Position numbers and translations under genes: made by a program. The notes beneath the pieces were generated by a model. The model saw only the letters and a list, made by a program, of their open reading frames with translations. It made no database searches and was not told the DNA's origin. This document shows positions 1 to 13,191 of a stretch of 64,000 nucleotides of DNA, in pieces. Source of the stretch: Octopus sinensis (taxonomy: Eukaryota); assembly GCF_006345805.1 (NCBI RefSeq), contig NC_043014.1, positions 3,100,001 through 3,164,000 on the forward strand, written 5' to 3'. How positions within the stretch are numbered: the first letter of the stretch is position 1; each line of letters begins with the position of its first letter.

Positions 1-176
1 TAAAAAGCACCCACTACACTCACGGAGTGGTTGGTGTTAGGAAGGGCATCCAGCCGTAGAAACACTGCTAGATCAGACTGGAGCCTGGTGCAGCCTTCTG
101 GCTTCCCAGACCCAGTCGAACTGTCCAACCCATGCTAGCATGGAGAACAGACGTTAAACGATGATGATGATTATGA
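1..176 (+). mobile_element. 3' tail of an RTE-type LINE or RTE-tailed SINE, truncated by the window edge
   Basis: taaaaagcacccactacactc...aggaagggcatccagc...ccaacccatgctagcatgg...gacgttaaacgatgatgatg; the same tail follows the RTE ORF remnant at 7583-8100 and recurs many times. Confidence 0.85.
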
Positions 177-776
177 TATTATTATTACAACCACTACACG
201 CCATATTATTTAGCAGACATATTTTGCAGTTTAGTGACAAGTCTCCTTAAATCTCAAGAATCTTTATTAGGATTCCTGCAGAGAACAGAATTGCACTTTC
301 CAGCAGATCATCATCATCATCATTATTATTATTATTATTATTATTCATTATAATTGTTGTTGTTGTGCTAAGGGGCTAATAAAAGAAATGGTAGAATGTC
401 ATGCAAGATTAGGCTTTGTTCCTAAACATTTTTGAGTTTGGTTTTGATTCTTCCGAGATGTTAAATGGTAAGTACCAACAATACACTGGGGAAGAGGGTT
501 TTTGTTTTATAGGCAAAGGAGACCTTTATTGTCTATACTTATCAATCATATATATGCTCTTCACAGATGTGTTTCAAACAATACACACACACACACATAC
601 CGATATATATTTATACACCTCCCACGTATACACATTTATGCTCACCCACGTGTATGTACACAAATACACCCACACAGACACACACACACATATATATACA
701 CACACAGACATCCACCCACTTGCATGTTATACATAGATTATATGAATACTTACAAGTGTTTGTGTGTGTGTGTATC

Positions 777-812
<36 letters not shown>

Positions 813-1220
813 TACATATACACACATACACTTATATGAATACTTAAGACCATTATTACCGCCATAAGCATCTGCAATTATTCATACTGCAGTTGCAACA
901 GAGTACCATGAAAAAAAAATGGATGAATAAAAAATATCAAATAAAAATAAACAGAAACCAACCAAAAAGTAAAAAGAAAAATACAAAATATATATATATA
1001 TTTCGCGGATTTTCTTTTTCCCTTCATATCTTTTCTTCCAAAGAAATTGACGAAATTTTTAAAGTTCAATAATAAAAAAAAAAAAAAAAAGAGAGAAAAT
1101 CTAAAATCTAACGTAAAATTGATAAAATAGCAACAAGTTATATAGATTGATTTGATCCTCATGGAAATATCTGTGTGGGTGTATAATATTTTTCTGAGTA
1201 GTTGCATTGAATCGTTTAAG

Positions 1221-1375
1221 ATGTTGAATCTAGAAGCATCTCTTCTCTTCTTCCTCAGAGAAATCGAGATATCAATGAAATGCAAGATGGCTGGCTGCTT
1301 TCTGGTGAAAAACAATATCAGAGGAGGAGATCAATGGAGAGGAAGCAGCGTGTGAAGAAGAAGACAGCCAGCCAA
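1221..1375 (+). CDS. Possible internal exon, unknown product (DVESRSISSLLPQRNRDINEMQDGWLLSGEKQYQRRRSMERKQRVKKKTASQ)
   Basis: tttaag| acceptor and caa|gtacgt donor enclose a stop-free 155-nt frame; no recognisable domain and no partner exon found. Confidence 0.2.
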
Positions 1376-1606
1376 GTACGTTAGTAGTTCATCAGATGAT
1401 GATGATAAGGGAAGACTTGGAGAAGCAGCTTACTAAATATATAAAGACAAAAACAAAGTTGGCTATGAGTAGAAGGTGGGAAGAATGATAAATGTATAAA
1501 AACTAGTCAGGTAGCTTCCATGTTTGTTGTCTCCATGAAAAAAATCATTAATTATATTATACACACACAAATATGCACACCTTTCTATACCTATACATAC
1601 ACATAT

Positions 1607-1657
<51 letters not shown>

Positions 1658-1844
1658 TATATATTATATATAAAAGCATACTGGGAGAAAGGAAGGAAAC
1701 GAAACGACGCGAGGGCGCTCAGTCATACAATAATGTAATAAATAAAATATATGCATACATACATACATATATGTACGTACCTACATCTACATGTATATAT
1801 ATACATGCATATATATATATATATGTGAGTACAGGACACCACAA

Positions 1845-2100
1845 ATAGACGTGGAACTCAACGAGAAACGAAAACATAAAAACAAGGGAACGGACTTTTT
1901 TCAACAACGAAAAAACGGAACACAGAACAAACAACACAAGGAACATTCCCCTTCATCAGCTGTCCCCGGTTCAACTCCATGCGTGTTTTGAAGGTAAGGA
2001 CAGGACACGCTCGTCGGACCAGTCCTTCCTGCGAGGGAATTAAACAAAATTCCCTTGCAGAGGGGTAAAAACAACGAAATATATATATATATTATATATA
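1845..2100 (-). mobile_element. Probable Penelope-like tail fragment
   Basis: CpG-rich island between TA repeats; minus strand contains ccgacga and cagctgatgaagggg plus an internal hairpin (tgcaagggaatt/aattccctcgca). Confidence 0.4.
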
Positions 2101-2137
2101 TATATATATATATACAAACATGTGTATATATTCACAG

Positions 2138-2172
<35 letters not shown>

Positions 2173-2206
2173 CACATATGTGTATATATACACACACACA
2201 CACACA

Positions 2207-2519
2207 CAAGTGTCTTCTGCTATAACCTGAGGACAACCAAAGCCTTGTGAGTGAATTTGGTTGCCGGAAACTGAAAGAAGCCCGTCCTATATATGTATAT
2301 ATATGTGTGCGTGTGTGCATGTTTGTGTGTGTTTGTCTCCCCCCCCCCCATCGCATGACAACCGATGCTGGTGTGTTTATGTCCCTGTCAGTAGTTTGGC
2401 AAAGAGACTGATAAAATAAGTACTAGCTTTAAAAAGAACAAGTCCTGGGGTCAATTAGTTTAACTAAAGGCAGTGCTCCAGCATGGCGGCAGTCAAATGA
2501 CTGAAACAAGAATAAAAGA

Positions 2520-2559
<40 letters not shown>

Positions 2560-2730
2560 TCACATAAACACACTTGTATATGCAGGTATGGCTGTGTGGT
2601 AAGAAGCTTGCTTCCTCTGTACAGAGCCCAAGGACTGATATTAGGCAAATATCTTTTACTATAGCCTCAGGCTGAACAGAGCCTCGTGACTGGATTTGGT
2701 AATTGAAAAGAAAATGAAAGAAGCTCATTG
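2207..2730 (+). mobile_element. Two partial copies of tRNA-derived SINE family 1
   Basis: caagtgtcttctgctata...gaaactgaaagaagccc...gctccagcatggcggcagtcaaatgactgaaacaag, then a second head gcaggtatggctgtgtggtaagaagc at about 2582. Confidence 0.8.
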
Positions 2731-2939
2731 TGTGTGTGTGTGTGTGTATATATATGATAAAAAAGAAAAATGATTATGAACTTATTGTATACAGGGCTCA
2801 TTACAACACATCACAAGAAATAACTAAAACTGCATGAATAGGACATAGAATATGTACAGGAAATAAACGGATATATATGTAAATGTATATATATGTGTGT
2901 ATATATACATGTATGTATGTTATCCATGCCAGTGTCACA

Positions 2940-3480
2940 GAAAAGCACCCATTACACTCTCAGAGTGGCTGGTGTCTGGTCTAGCCTTTCAGCTTGCCAG
3001 CCCTGGTCAAACCATCCAACCCATGCCAGCATGGACAACGGACATGAAATGATGGTGATGATATATATATATTTATGTATATATACAAATGTGTACACAC
3101 ACATACACACACATATATATATATATATATGTATGTATGTTCTCTTTAACAAATGTATGTGTATGTGTATAAATGTGTGTGTAGGTGGAGCCAATGCCAG
3201 TGCCATCTAACTGGCACCCATGTCATTAGCACATAAAAAGCACCATTTGAGTGATGGGCCCCATGGAGGCAGTGACAGGTGACCAAAACCCTTGACAACA
3301 TACTGTGCTTGTGTTGACCTGTCAAGCCAAGTGAGACTGATGCCAGTTTCAAGTTAGTGACACCCATGGTCGTGGCACGTAAAAAGCCCCCACTACACTC
3401 TTGGAGTGACTGGCATCAAGGAGGGCATCCAGCCGGAGAATCCTTTCCAAATTAGATTGAAACCTGATGCAGCCTTCCCA
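2940..3480 (+). mobile_element. Decayed RTE 3' end and tail fragments interrupted by microsatellites
   Basis: aaaagcacccattacactc...ccaacccatgccagcatgg (2940-3060) and caagccaagtgagac...aggagggcatccagc (3195-3480). Confidence 0.7.
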
Positions 3481-3884
3481 TTTACCAATTTTCAGCTCAA
3501 TCAATCAATCAATATATATATCTTGTTATCCAATAAAATTAGGAAAAAAAAATGGTGGAGGGAGGGTGACCTCTACACTAAGCATGGGCAAGTTTGAGAA
3601 ACAGGCCACAAAACACATCACTCATCATCATGTGGGCCACACCCCTAAAAAAAAAAAAATTCAAGGTAATTTTTCATTATGCATGTTACTCAGAAAGTCC
3701 CATAGTTTACCCATAGCTTTGCACTATTAGTAGAATCAAATTTATTACTAATGTTGGAGTTGATTGGGACTTCAAATTTAGCTTAAGTGACCAAGTCAGT
3801 GCCCTTTTTTTTATTTGTCTTTTCTGACCAGTGTGGGTGATGTAACCTAGTCAATTGGATAAAACACTACAGTAACCTACCAAG

Positions 3885-4745
3885 TCATTCTTTCAGGCAC
3901 CATGTCCAGAATGTAGGATACGGGTGACCAAATCCTGCCACAATTCTCCATTCTTTATCTTTTGTAACAGTTCCACTTCCTCGTGTTTAATTCCTCTTTC
4001 TTCCAACCAGTTCTTCAAGCTTCACATCCAGATCGTCCTTCTCCTTCCTCTGCTTCTTTTCCCTTCAAGCTTTCCAGTCACTGCTAAATTCTTCAGGCCC
4101 TCTTTCCTATTCACTTGACCAAGAAACCTTACTTGCTTGGCCCTTATATCTCTTCTTCTTGTCTTGTTTTGAGACAGCATTCACCCGGGGTGGGTTGAGC
4201 TGGCTTCATTCATCCTCAATGCTGCATCTCTCACAAATGCCAACCAGGCCTGGCGATTTGAGGCTAACGACCGCATGATCTCCAACCACTCCTTATTCCA
4301 GCGATGAACGCCGTAGATATGGGCGCCTAGGTTGGGTTCCAGATCAGCCTTAACTGTCATCAGCCAGGATTTTTGTTGTCCACCACATCGCTTTCGCCAA
4401 CCCTGAAGGGGAGCTGGGGCAAATGCTTCGTAGATGAATTCTCCTGGTTGACGACAGAGAGCATGACCCAGCCAACGCAGACGTCTCATTAGGATGACTT
4501 GTCGGCCCTTATCTAACGAAGCAGTTTCCTATTTACCACAGCCTGGATCATCCCTTCTTTATTAGACACTTTTTCTCTGTCCATGCCATACTCAATATTC
4601 TCCTTAAGAACCACATTTCACAGCTTCCCAAGCACCTTCTCATATCTGATGTTACCATGCCTCACTTCCAGACATTAACACAAGGTACACATAGCAGTTC
4701 AATATACAGATCATTAGGTCCCTATCTAATTTTTCTAATTAACTC
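3885..4745 (-). mobile_element. Decayed RTE-clade (BovB-like) LINE, C-terminal RT region; host of a nested insertion
   Basis: Minus-strand translation with stops and frameshifts: ILNCYVYLVLMSGSEAW...EMWFLRRILSMAWTEK...RKLLR*IRA//KQVRFLGQVNRKEGLKNLAVTGKLEGKRSRGRRRTIWM*SLKNWL...ELWQDLVTRIL; matches the typical RTE ORF end. Confidence 0.85.
4148..4503 (-). mobile_element. 5'-truncated RTE LINE of a second family, inserted in the host RTE with a 9-bp TSD
   Basis: ORF MRRLRWLGHALCRQ...GWRKRCGGQQKSWLMTVKADLE...NRQAWLAFVRDA*, (AAG)-rich tail, ggcccttat repeated at 4139-4147 and 4504-4512. Confidence 0.85.
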
Positions 4746-5091
4746 TGGACCAATGAAAGTAACTTTAACCACCCCCACCCCTGGGGATTTGAACACAAAT
4801 CAAAGAGGGATGAAATTCAATTCCATAAAGTATTTTCGCCAATTCTACTAACATAGTAATTAATAAGTAAATTAATAATTATAATATTAATTTCTAATGT
4901 AGGTGCAAGGAGAGGCATTTTGATAAGAGTGACCCTAGTACACAACTGGTACTCTTATCATTTGATTCCAGGAAGATCAACTGGGGCAGGAAAGGAAATT
5001 GTATTACAAAAGGATGTAACTAAATATCATAAGATATATTCTAGATCAGTGTTCCAGGAATTTTACCAATTGTGTGTGTGTGTGTAAAAAA

Positions 5092-5127
<36 letters not shown>

Positions 5128-6426
5128 GTGGGAAATGAAGTGCAAGGATGAAAGGGAAGAAGAGAGGGAAAATATGACAGACAGGAGAGAGAGAGAGAGA
5201 GTGTGTGTGTGTGTGTGTGGTGTGTGTGTGTGAGGAGGGGGGGCAAAGTGGGGTGAGAAAATGTTGATAATTTCACAGCTAGTTAAATGGGTTTGGTGAA
5301 GACCTACATTGTCATATTCAGTTGGATGAGTGTCTTGACACCAACCACTCAAACTATTTAGGAGTAAACTTCTTTAAGCCAATGCGTCATGACAGAGGGG
5401 TCACCTCACAAGTGCATACTCCAGCTTCCGGCAAGTGTCATCTGGGATGATAATCAGTCTGTGCAGCTACTGCCAAGCAACAACAGCCCAGCTTCCTTTA
5501 GAAAAATTACCCTCACTCAACCCGAGCCAGACCCAGCACTGCAACATATTACAAGCAACTTCCCAGTTTCACAATACAGACAATGATTTGGTACTAACAA
5601 GATGTTCATATCATGTGGTACCTATTTTCAACAAGGTGGACAAGGCCAACTCAGGCAAGAAGAATACAAACTGCTGATCCCATGGAGGAATGTCGAGTAT
5701 CCTATTTTCCTCTGCCACTGATGCTCCTTCAGTGTGTTGAAGAGGGATTTCACTTAAAGGGCTTCAAAAATAGACAGAATCTTACCAGCATCGCCAGCAG
5801 CAAACACAAGCTGTTCAAGAATTTGGACCTGGAGATCTCCATTTCCAGCGACTTCGAGGGCCACCTCCCAGTGGTGTCGGGCATCATGGAAGAGTCCTCG
5901 ACTACAACAAGATGACCAAAGTTTTTTTTTTTCCAAGGTCTGGGGTCTCCCGCCCCTAAGCCCTAGACCATCATCCTTACCCATCTTATTGCTTAACAAC
6001 AACAACAGTAGCAACACCAGTATCACACCCGTCTTCCTTTTCCTTTTTTTCCATTTTATCTTTTAGGCAAGAGAGAAGGCAGTGCCCATGACCCTTTCAC
6101 AGGACTTCAAAGAGTCATGGGAAAAAGGGAGGAAGGCATCCCTAAGCCAGTGACCTGGCGTAAATGCTTACAACAGAATGGATTCCGCTGAAGGCATCCA
6201 AGGACCAGGAGTGGTTGGGGGTGGTTAAACCATGCAAGAGTTAAAATCTATCACTCGCCTTCTGACCCATACTGGCAGGAGTTTGACTGGTCATCACAAT
6301 TCAAGATAATTCTTCTTTGGAGCGACTTCCCTCTCTGATAGTTCAGAAGACCATCTCACACCTATTACTTCTTCAGTCTGTTAAAATAGACCCCTAACAA
6401 TGAAGGCATAATGCTTCAAGCATTAA

Positions 6427-6646
6427 CCCTTTAGTGTTTAAACCGGCCATATCAGGCCAAAATTGTCTTCCTGTTATATGCTCAAACCAGCCAGCTCTGA
6501 CCTCTCACACCTACCCTACAAAGTCATTCTAAAAATAAACAGGGACATCATCAAAATCTCAGAGTTACAAGATGCTGTACAATTAATTTAAAACAATGTA
6601 ATTAAACAGGTTTTACATTTGACAGATTAATCTGAATGCTAAAGGG
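6427..6646. mobile_element. piggyBac-type MITE, family B
   Basis: TTAA|ccctttag...ctaaaggg|TTAA; homologous copies at 27161-27379 and 61087-61303. Confidence 0.8.
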
Positions 6647-6908
6647 TTAAACTGGCCCTTGAGCTTTTTCATCATTTTGTTATTCCCTCTACACTCTTTG
6701 ATATTAACCCACATGGGACAACACATATTAAAGTATTCACATCTGAAATAAAAATTTGGACCAAAATGTATTGGGAGGTGGGTGGAGGTGGGTGGTGGCT
6801 ATTGATCTTCCTACTGAACCAAAGATGCTACAAAATTCTGTTGCTGATTCTGTCAGATGCAATTCTTGACTAAAATGGTAAATTTTGCTTTTTTTTAAAC
6901 TTCAGGCA

Positions 6909-7070
6909 CTGACATGGCTGTATGGTTAGGAAGTTTGCTTCCTGACCTTGTGGTCTTGGGTTCACTCCCACTGTGTGACACCTTGGGCAAATGTCTTTTT
7001 CTATAGCACCAGGCCAACCAAAGCCTTGAGAATGAATTTGGACAACAGAAACTGAAAGAAGCCCACTGTG
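6909..7070 (+). mobile_element. SINE family 1, 5' part
   Basis: catggctgtatggttaggaag...gggttcactcccactg...ccttgggcaaatgtc...gaaactgaaagaagccc. Confidence 0.75.
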
Positions 7071-7582
7071 AGTGTCTTTCTGTTGTAAGTGAGCATCATC
7101 ATCATCATACAAGCAATGTTATTCATTTCCAGTCTTCTGTGAAAAATATGTCTGGCCATAGAAAATCTGCCTCAACAAATTCCGTCTGGCCAATGCAAGC
7201 AAGAAAAAGTGGACATTAAATGATGACGATGATGGCTTCAGGGGCACTTGAACTCAGAATATAGAGCATTGGATAAGGTGCCTTGTAGTATCTGTCTGGG
7301 CTCTAACAATTCTGTCAAGCCAACACCCTGCACTGGCCTTTTTCTTTTTAATTGACCCTGAAGGTGTAAAAGTCAAAGTTGATCTTGGTAGGATTTGAAC
7401 TCAGAGTACAGAGACTCAGAACAAATACTGCAATGCATTCTGTCTGACATTCACACACGATACGTTTTTACTTAAAAATTTCCCAAAGCATTCCAAACAC
7501 CCAACATTATTGATAAACTAAATTTTAGGTTTGACAATACAAATCAGGAAAACGGGACGGACACACACACACACACAAGCAT

Positions 7583-8102
7583 CTTGAGAGGAAAGCTGGA
7601 CATAAGAGGTATCAGATGTATTGTGCAAGAGAGACGACAGCACTGGTATGGTCATGTGATGCACATGATCAAGGACAGTTGTGTAAAGAGGTGTCCATCT
7701 CTGTGGAGGGAACTTGAGGAAGAGGTAGACCCAGGAGGACATGGGATGGGGTGGCGAAGTATGATCTTCAAATGTCGGGCCTCACAGGGGCAATGACAAG
7801 TAACCAAGGCCATTGGTGATAAACTGTGCTGAGAAGACTTGTCAAGCCAAGTGAAATTATAGTTGTGGCTGTTGCCAGTGTCACTTAACTGGCACTCGTG
7901 CCGGTGGCACACATAAAGCACCCATGCCAGTGGCATGTAAAAGAGCACCAACTACATTCTTGGAGTGGTTGGCATTAGGAAGGGCATCCAGCAGTAGAAA
8001 CTACGCCAAATAAGATTGGAACCTGGTGCAGCTCTCTGGCTTACCAGTTCCAATCAAATTGTCTAACCCATTCCACCATGGAAAGCAGACGCTAAATGAT
8101 GA

Positions 8103-8125
<23 letters not shown>
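7583..8125 (+). mobile_element. RTE-clade LINE 3' fragment (ORF end, 3' UTR and trinucleotide tail)
   Basis: LRGKLDIRGIRCIVQERRQHWYGHVMHMIKDSCVKRC, then frameshifted GRGRPRRTW; followed by the aggaagggcatccag tail and (ATG)/(ATT) repeats. Confidence 0.85.
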
Positions 8126-8138
<13 letters not shown>

Positions 8139-9049
8139 TGTTGTTGTTATTAATTGCCAATGCATGAAACCATCAGCCCTATGAGTCACTCTGTAATTTC
8201 TGCCAACAAATAATAAAAACTATAAATTAAATATTAGCTATTTTAATCAATTTTGTCATCAAAGATTTGTTGAAATGCATTCTCTTGAAATTAATTTCAA
8301 AAAATAATAAAGAATTATGTAAACAAGCTGTCATTATTAAGCTGATGTTTGGAACATAAATTAGCATAACATTTCAAAACAGGAAATTTGTTCCAGAGGC
8401 AGTCGCAGATGGGTTCGTTATCAAAAGGGTCAAATCAACTACAGTATTCAACTGATACATTGCTTTATCGCCCCTGGACGGATGAAAGGTAAAGTTGACC
8501 ATGGCAAGAATTGAACCCAGAACATAAGAAGCTGTGACAAATACAGTGAAGTATCTTTGCCAATACCTTTTTAATAATGTCGGCTAAATATAGCTGGGCA
8601 AATTATTTACACAGACACACAGTCTGGCCAAGTTGGTTTGGCTCAAGAATGGACGTAACGCTCCGAATTTTTAATAGATATTTGATAAGTTATCAATTGG
8701 TCATTATATTCATCTCTGTATGAGGTGGAGGGTGGGTGGGGGTGAGTGGGGGTGCAGGGGTAGGTATAGATGCAGATATGTTACACAGGCACAAACTGTT
8801 GTCCAAATCTTGCCACAGAAATCGTTAAAAGCCAACCTACTTACTTATTCAGACAAATAGGCTGAATCAGAAAATGAATGATTAATAAATTATTATAATG
8901 AGAAGAGGGCGAGAGAGGTGGGAGGAAGAAAAAGGAGACATACAGACAGAAAGACAGAGGGGCAGAGAGAGAGAGAGAAGTAGAGAATAAAAAACAAGAA
9001 ATGAAGAGAGTAGAAGAGAGAATGTGTGTGTTTATGTGCGGGTGTCTAT

Positions 9050-9086
<37 letters not shown>

Positions 9087-9213
9087 CATACATACACATA
9101 TGTATATGTGTAGAGAGTTGTTTTATAAAGTATATAGATGTGTATTTTGTGTGCATGTGTGTGTATATATATATGTGTGTGTGTATGTATGTATATATGT
9201 ATGTATGTATATG

Positions 9214-9245
<32 letters not shown>

Positions 9246-9574
9246 ATAAAACAATACTGGGAGGATAAGAGACGGAACGAAGCGAAAATTCGAATATATA
9301 TACAACTGATTTGCATATTCCCATTTGCATTTAAACCAGCAATAGTTATATGGCTAGCATAGCTGGAAGTACTCTTGATGATCTGAGATGAGCATTGCTT
9401 TAAATTTAATTTAAATTAATTTTCATTAATTACTTAATTAACGAATTATATCAATTCCCCACGAAACAGCTGTTGAGAGTAATTAAATTATGTTTCTGTG
9501 AAATGCCTCTCTACATTCTATTTTATAACACATTCCATGTATGTATGTGTGTGTATGTATATACACGTGTGTGT

Positions 9575-9629
<55 letters not shown>

Positions 9630-9695
9630 GTGAGATAGAGGTAAAGAGAAGGCAGTAAGAAAAAATTAAGGTGTGTATATGTGTAGCTATATGCA

Positions 9696-9905
9696 TACTC
9701 TTTACTCTTTTACTTGTTTCAGTCATTTGACTGCAGCCATGCTGGAGCACCGCCTTTAGTCGAGCAAATCGACCTTGGGACTTATTCTTTGTAAGCCCAG
9801 TACTTATTCTATCGGTCTCTTTTGCCGAACCGCTAAGTGACGGGGACGTAAACACACCAGCATCGGTTGTCAAGCAATGCTAGGGGGACAAACACAGATA
9901 CACAA

Positions 9906-9938
<33 letters not shown>

Positions 9939-10104
9939 TATACGACAGGCTTCTTTCAGTTTCCGTCTACCAAATCCACTCACAAGGCATTGGTCGGCCC
10001 GGGGCTATAGCAGAAGACACTTGCCCAAGATGCCATGCAGTGGGACTGAACCCGGAACCATGTGGTTGGTAAGCAAGCTGCTTACCACACAGCCACTCCT
10101 GCGC
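9696..10104 (-). mobile_element. Near full-length young tRNA-derived SINE, family 1
   Basis: Minus strand begins gcgcaggagtggctgtgtggtaagc (A-box-like) and ggttcagtccc (B-box-like), ends in a (gtaaaaga) tail; nearly identical to 49687-50082. Confidence 0.9.
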
Positions 10105-10105
10105 C

Positions 10106-10140
<35 letters not shown>

Positions 10141-10780
10141 TATATGAAAAAGTACATGTGTCTTATATACACCCTGTGGTTCCTCGTAGAAATACAATAA
10201 AACCTCCCCATTTGTGCTGTATATTGAGTACTACCTTGGAAGCAGTCTACTCCATTATGCTCCTCTAATTAACAAATAAAATGGAGAGACAGAGAGAGGA
10301 GGAGAGTAATTAAAATTAATGGGTATTACCTTTAACGAGAAAAGTCTTATATAAAAATCTTCAAATATAATTAATTAACCTTTGTGCGTGCGTGCATGCG
10401 TGCGTGTGTGTAATTGTGCCTCCGTCAATCTGTATACATGTGTACAAATGCATACATATGAAGAATTAATCTTTTTTATTGGATTAGCAGAGATTAAAAA
10501 GACTTAAAAAGAAAAAGAAAAAAAAAAATTCGGTAAAGAAGATTAAAAATGGAAGTGGAGAGATATAGATTTTTTTAGTACCGTGCATGTATGTATGTAT
10601 AAGCGTATATGTGTACGTGTGCCTATATATATATATATATGTATGTATGTATATATGTATCTAGGAGTTTATATACCTGTGTGTAAATGAGTGAAATGAG
10701 GAGGAGGGGGGGGAATAAAAAGGAAAAAGATCTACTTAGGAACAATACGAGAAGTAGGAAACGCTTTGTTAATGAAGAGA

Positions 10781-10811
<31 letters not shown>

Positions 10812-10923
10812 TTATAGGGTGGGGAGGGGCAGGTGCAACAGGATGTTTAGCAGGCAGCTGCATATTACCTGAGACAGATTGGTGATTCACACAGACTAAT
10901 CAATTAGGAAAGGGGCAAATAAA

Positions 10924-10961
<38 letters not shown>

Positions 10962-11023
10962 TCTACCACTGGTATTTGAGTACTCTTTTTTCCACCTTGT
11001 TTCACATTTATGCGTTTACTCCA

Positions 11024-11063
<40 letters not shown>

Positions 11064-11391
11064 GCATATACAAAGAAATGAGTGTGCGTACACACCTGTA
11101 TATATATATATATACAAAGCTTTACAGCACATTATATATATAATGTTAGCATGCGAGTGTGAATGTGTGTGTGTGTATACAATCATGCATAGAGAGACGC
11201 ACATATATAAGTAGATAGCAAGAAGTGTACGTATATAAATGCATAGTGAACAGCTACAGCGTACACACACCTCAGAGGAGAAAGAGATGCGAGCACCTGT
11301 ACACAGACAAAGAGGTTTACAACATACACTCTTCACTGTTTATACATCATTTTATTTCATGTTTATGTTGCATACACACAGAAAATGAATA

Positions 11392-11446
<55 letters not shown>

Positions 11447-11550
11447 TAAATGAAATAAAACATATGCATATATATAAACATATATGTTCGTACCTACCTC
11501 TACATGTACATATACACGCATATATATATATACACAGAAAATGAATAGTG

Positions 11551-11583
<33 letters not shown>

Positions 11584-13191
11584 TTGAATGTATACATACA
11601 TACATACATATGTGAATTGTAATATGTTTTTTTTAATTTCATTTCATTTGGCTCGAGATCGTAACATTTGGAAATTAATTAAATTAAACAGCTAACGAAT
11701 GTTTTATACCAATCTATGGAAGTATGCCAAGCACTAAGTCAATACAGATTGTTAAGAAGTAAAAGGTAAACAGAGAGAGAGAGAGAGAGAGAGAGAAAGA
11801 GTGAAAGAGGAGAGAGAAAGAGAGAGGTAAATAACATGAATATCTAAACTAAAGCTGAAAATGGTTGTCTAAAAAAAATAAAATAAAATAAAATAAAAGC
11901 CAGACTCAGTGTAATTGCTTTTGCATCATAATATAACAAGAGACGACAATTTTGTGATTAAAGGGGGAAGGAGATGGGGTGTGGGGGTGAGTATTGATTT
12001 TATTGATCTGTATTTCTTTTCCTTTTTTTCTTTTTTTTGATGAAGAAAGAGGAATAGTTTTAGAAATTTTACTTTGATAAAAAAAAAAAATTTAAGATTT
12101 TTTTTGTTTTTTGTTTTTTTTTTTATTTGTCTCCAGTCATTGGACCATGGCCATGCTGAAGCATTCATCACCTTGGAGTTGATCACAGAAATTAGATAAT
12201 TTTTTTCTTTTAAAGTTTGGTATTTGTTTTATCGATTCTGTTTGTTTAGCAACTAAGTTATGAGGCGTCAACAAAAAAATATACACACGCACACATCTAT
12301 GTGAGTGTATATGTGTGTATATACATACATACACACACACACAATTTTCTTAATTCGACAGCTGTTTCAAGAAGCTCAGGTTTATGTAATAATCATAATG
12401 TTCATAATTTGCAGATGGAATATGCAAAAAGTCTTGGGTATGCAACCAGTAAAGAGTCACACAAAGATATTACCATACGTCTGGCTCCCTTCATCGAAAG
12501 AAAGTTGGCAATGTCTACACACGCATACAAAAATGGGTTTCTATACAGTTTCCAGCTATCAATTTCACTCACAGGGAATTGGTCAACCCAAAGCTACTGT
12601 AGAAGACATGGCTTAAGAAACCACTCAATGGGACCAAACTATATAAAAAAAAAGCAGGGTTGGAGACCCTAACAAACAATGTAATGATAGAAATCTTCAA
12701 AGATGGAATGAGCATGACAGGGCCCTTTGATCATAAGTGCACCCAATCAGGATTTAACTGAAACTATTAAACAACTCACCCTACAGATTAGAACTTTTAA
12801 ATCTGGCATCTTTGGAGCCTGGCCATTGCTGGACCATGGAAACTAAATTCTATGGGGAACTCGTTTTTAAACAGTATTGCTATTCTCTATTACACACATA
12901 TGTACAGATGGCTGCCATATCTAAAGCCGGACCAAGGCTTAAAACAGAAAATGATACAGCTAGTGATGAATCTAAACAAGATATCCATTATTTCATAAAA
13001 TATAAAAGTGCAAAACCAAAATTTCAAAATGCTGCAGACCATCAGAGTTCCTGGCCCAAGATATGCTGTTGGATTTAAGAAGTCAAATATGTAATTCACC
13101 TGTGAAACTCTATCATCATTATTATCATTTAATACCTGTTGAACAGTTTCACAAGAACTGACAAGCCAGAGGACAGCACTAGGATCCAATG

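Noticed and set aside
1930-2030. Minus-strand CCGACGA with a GCGUG/CACGC stem, and a CUGAUGA box
   Set aside because: Neither is followed by the required GAAA and NUH elements
5389-5915. GC-richer coding-like segment with overlapping short ORFs
   Set aside because: Stops in all frames and only a vague LINE RT resemblance (VVPIFNKVDK); cannot be assigned without a tblastx or Dfam search
12416-13090. Coding-like unique segment (EYAKSLGYATSKESH..., MLQTIRVPGPR)
   Set aside because: Multiple stops and frameshifts; possibly a decayed non-LTR element, but no motif I can firmly recognise
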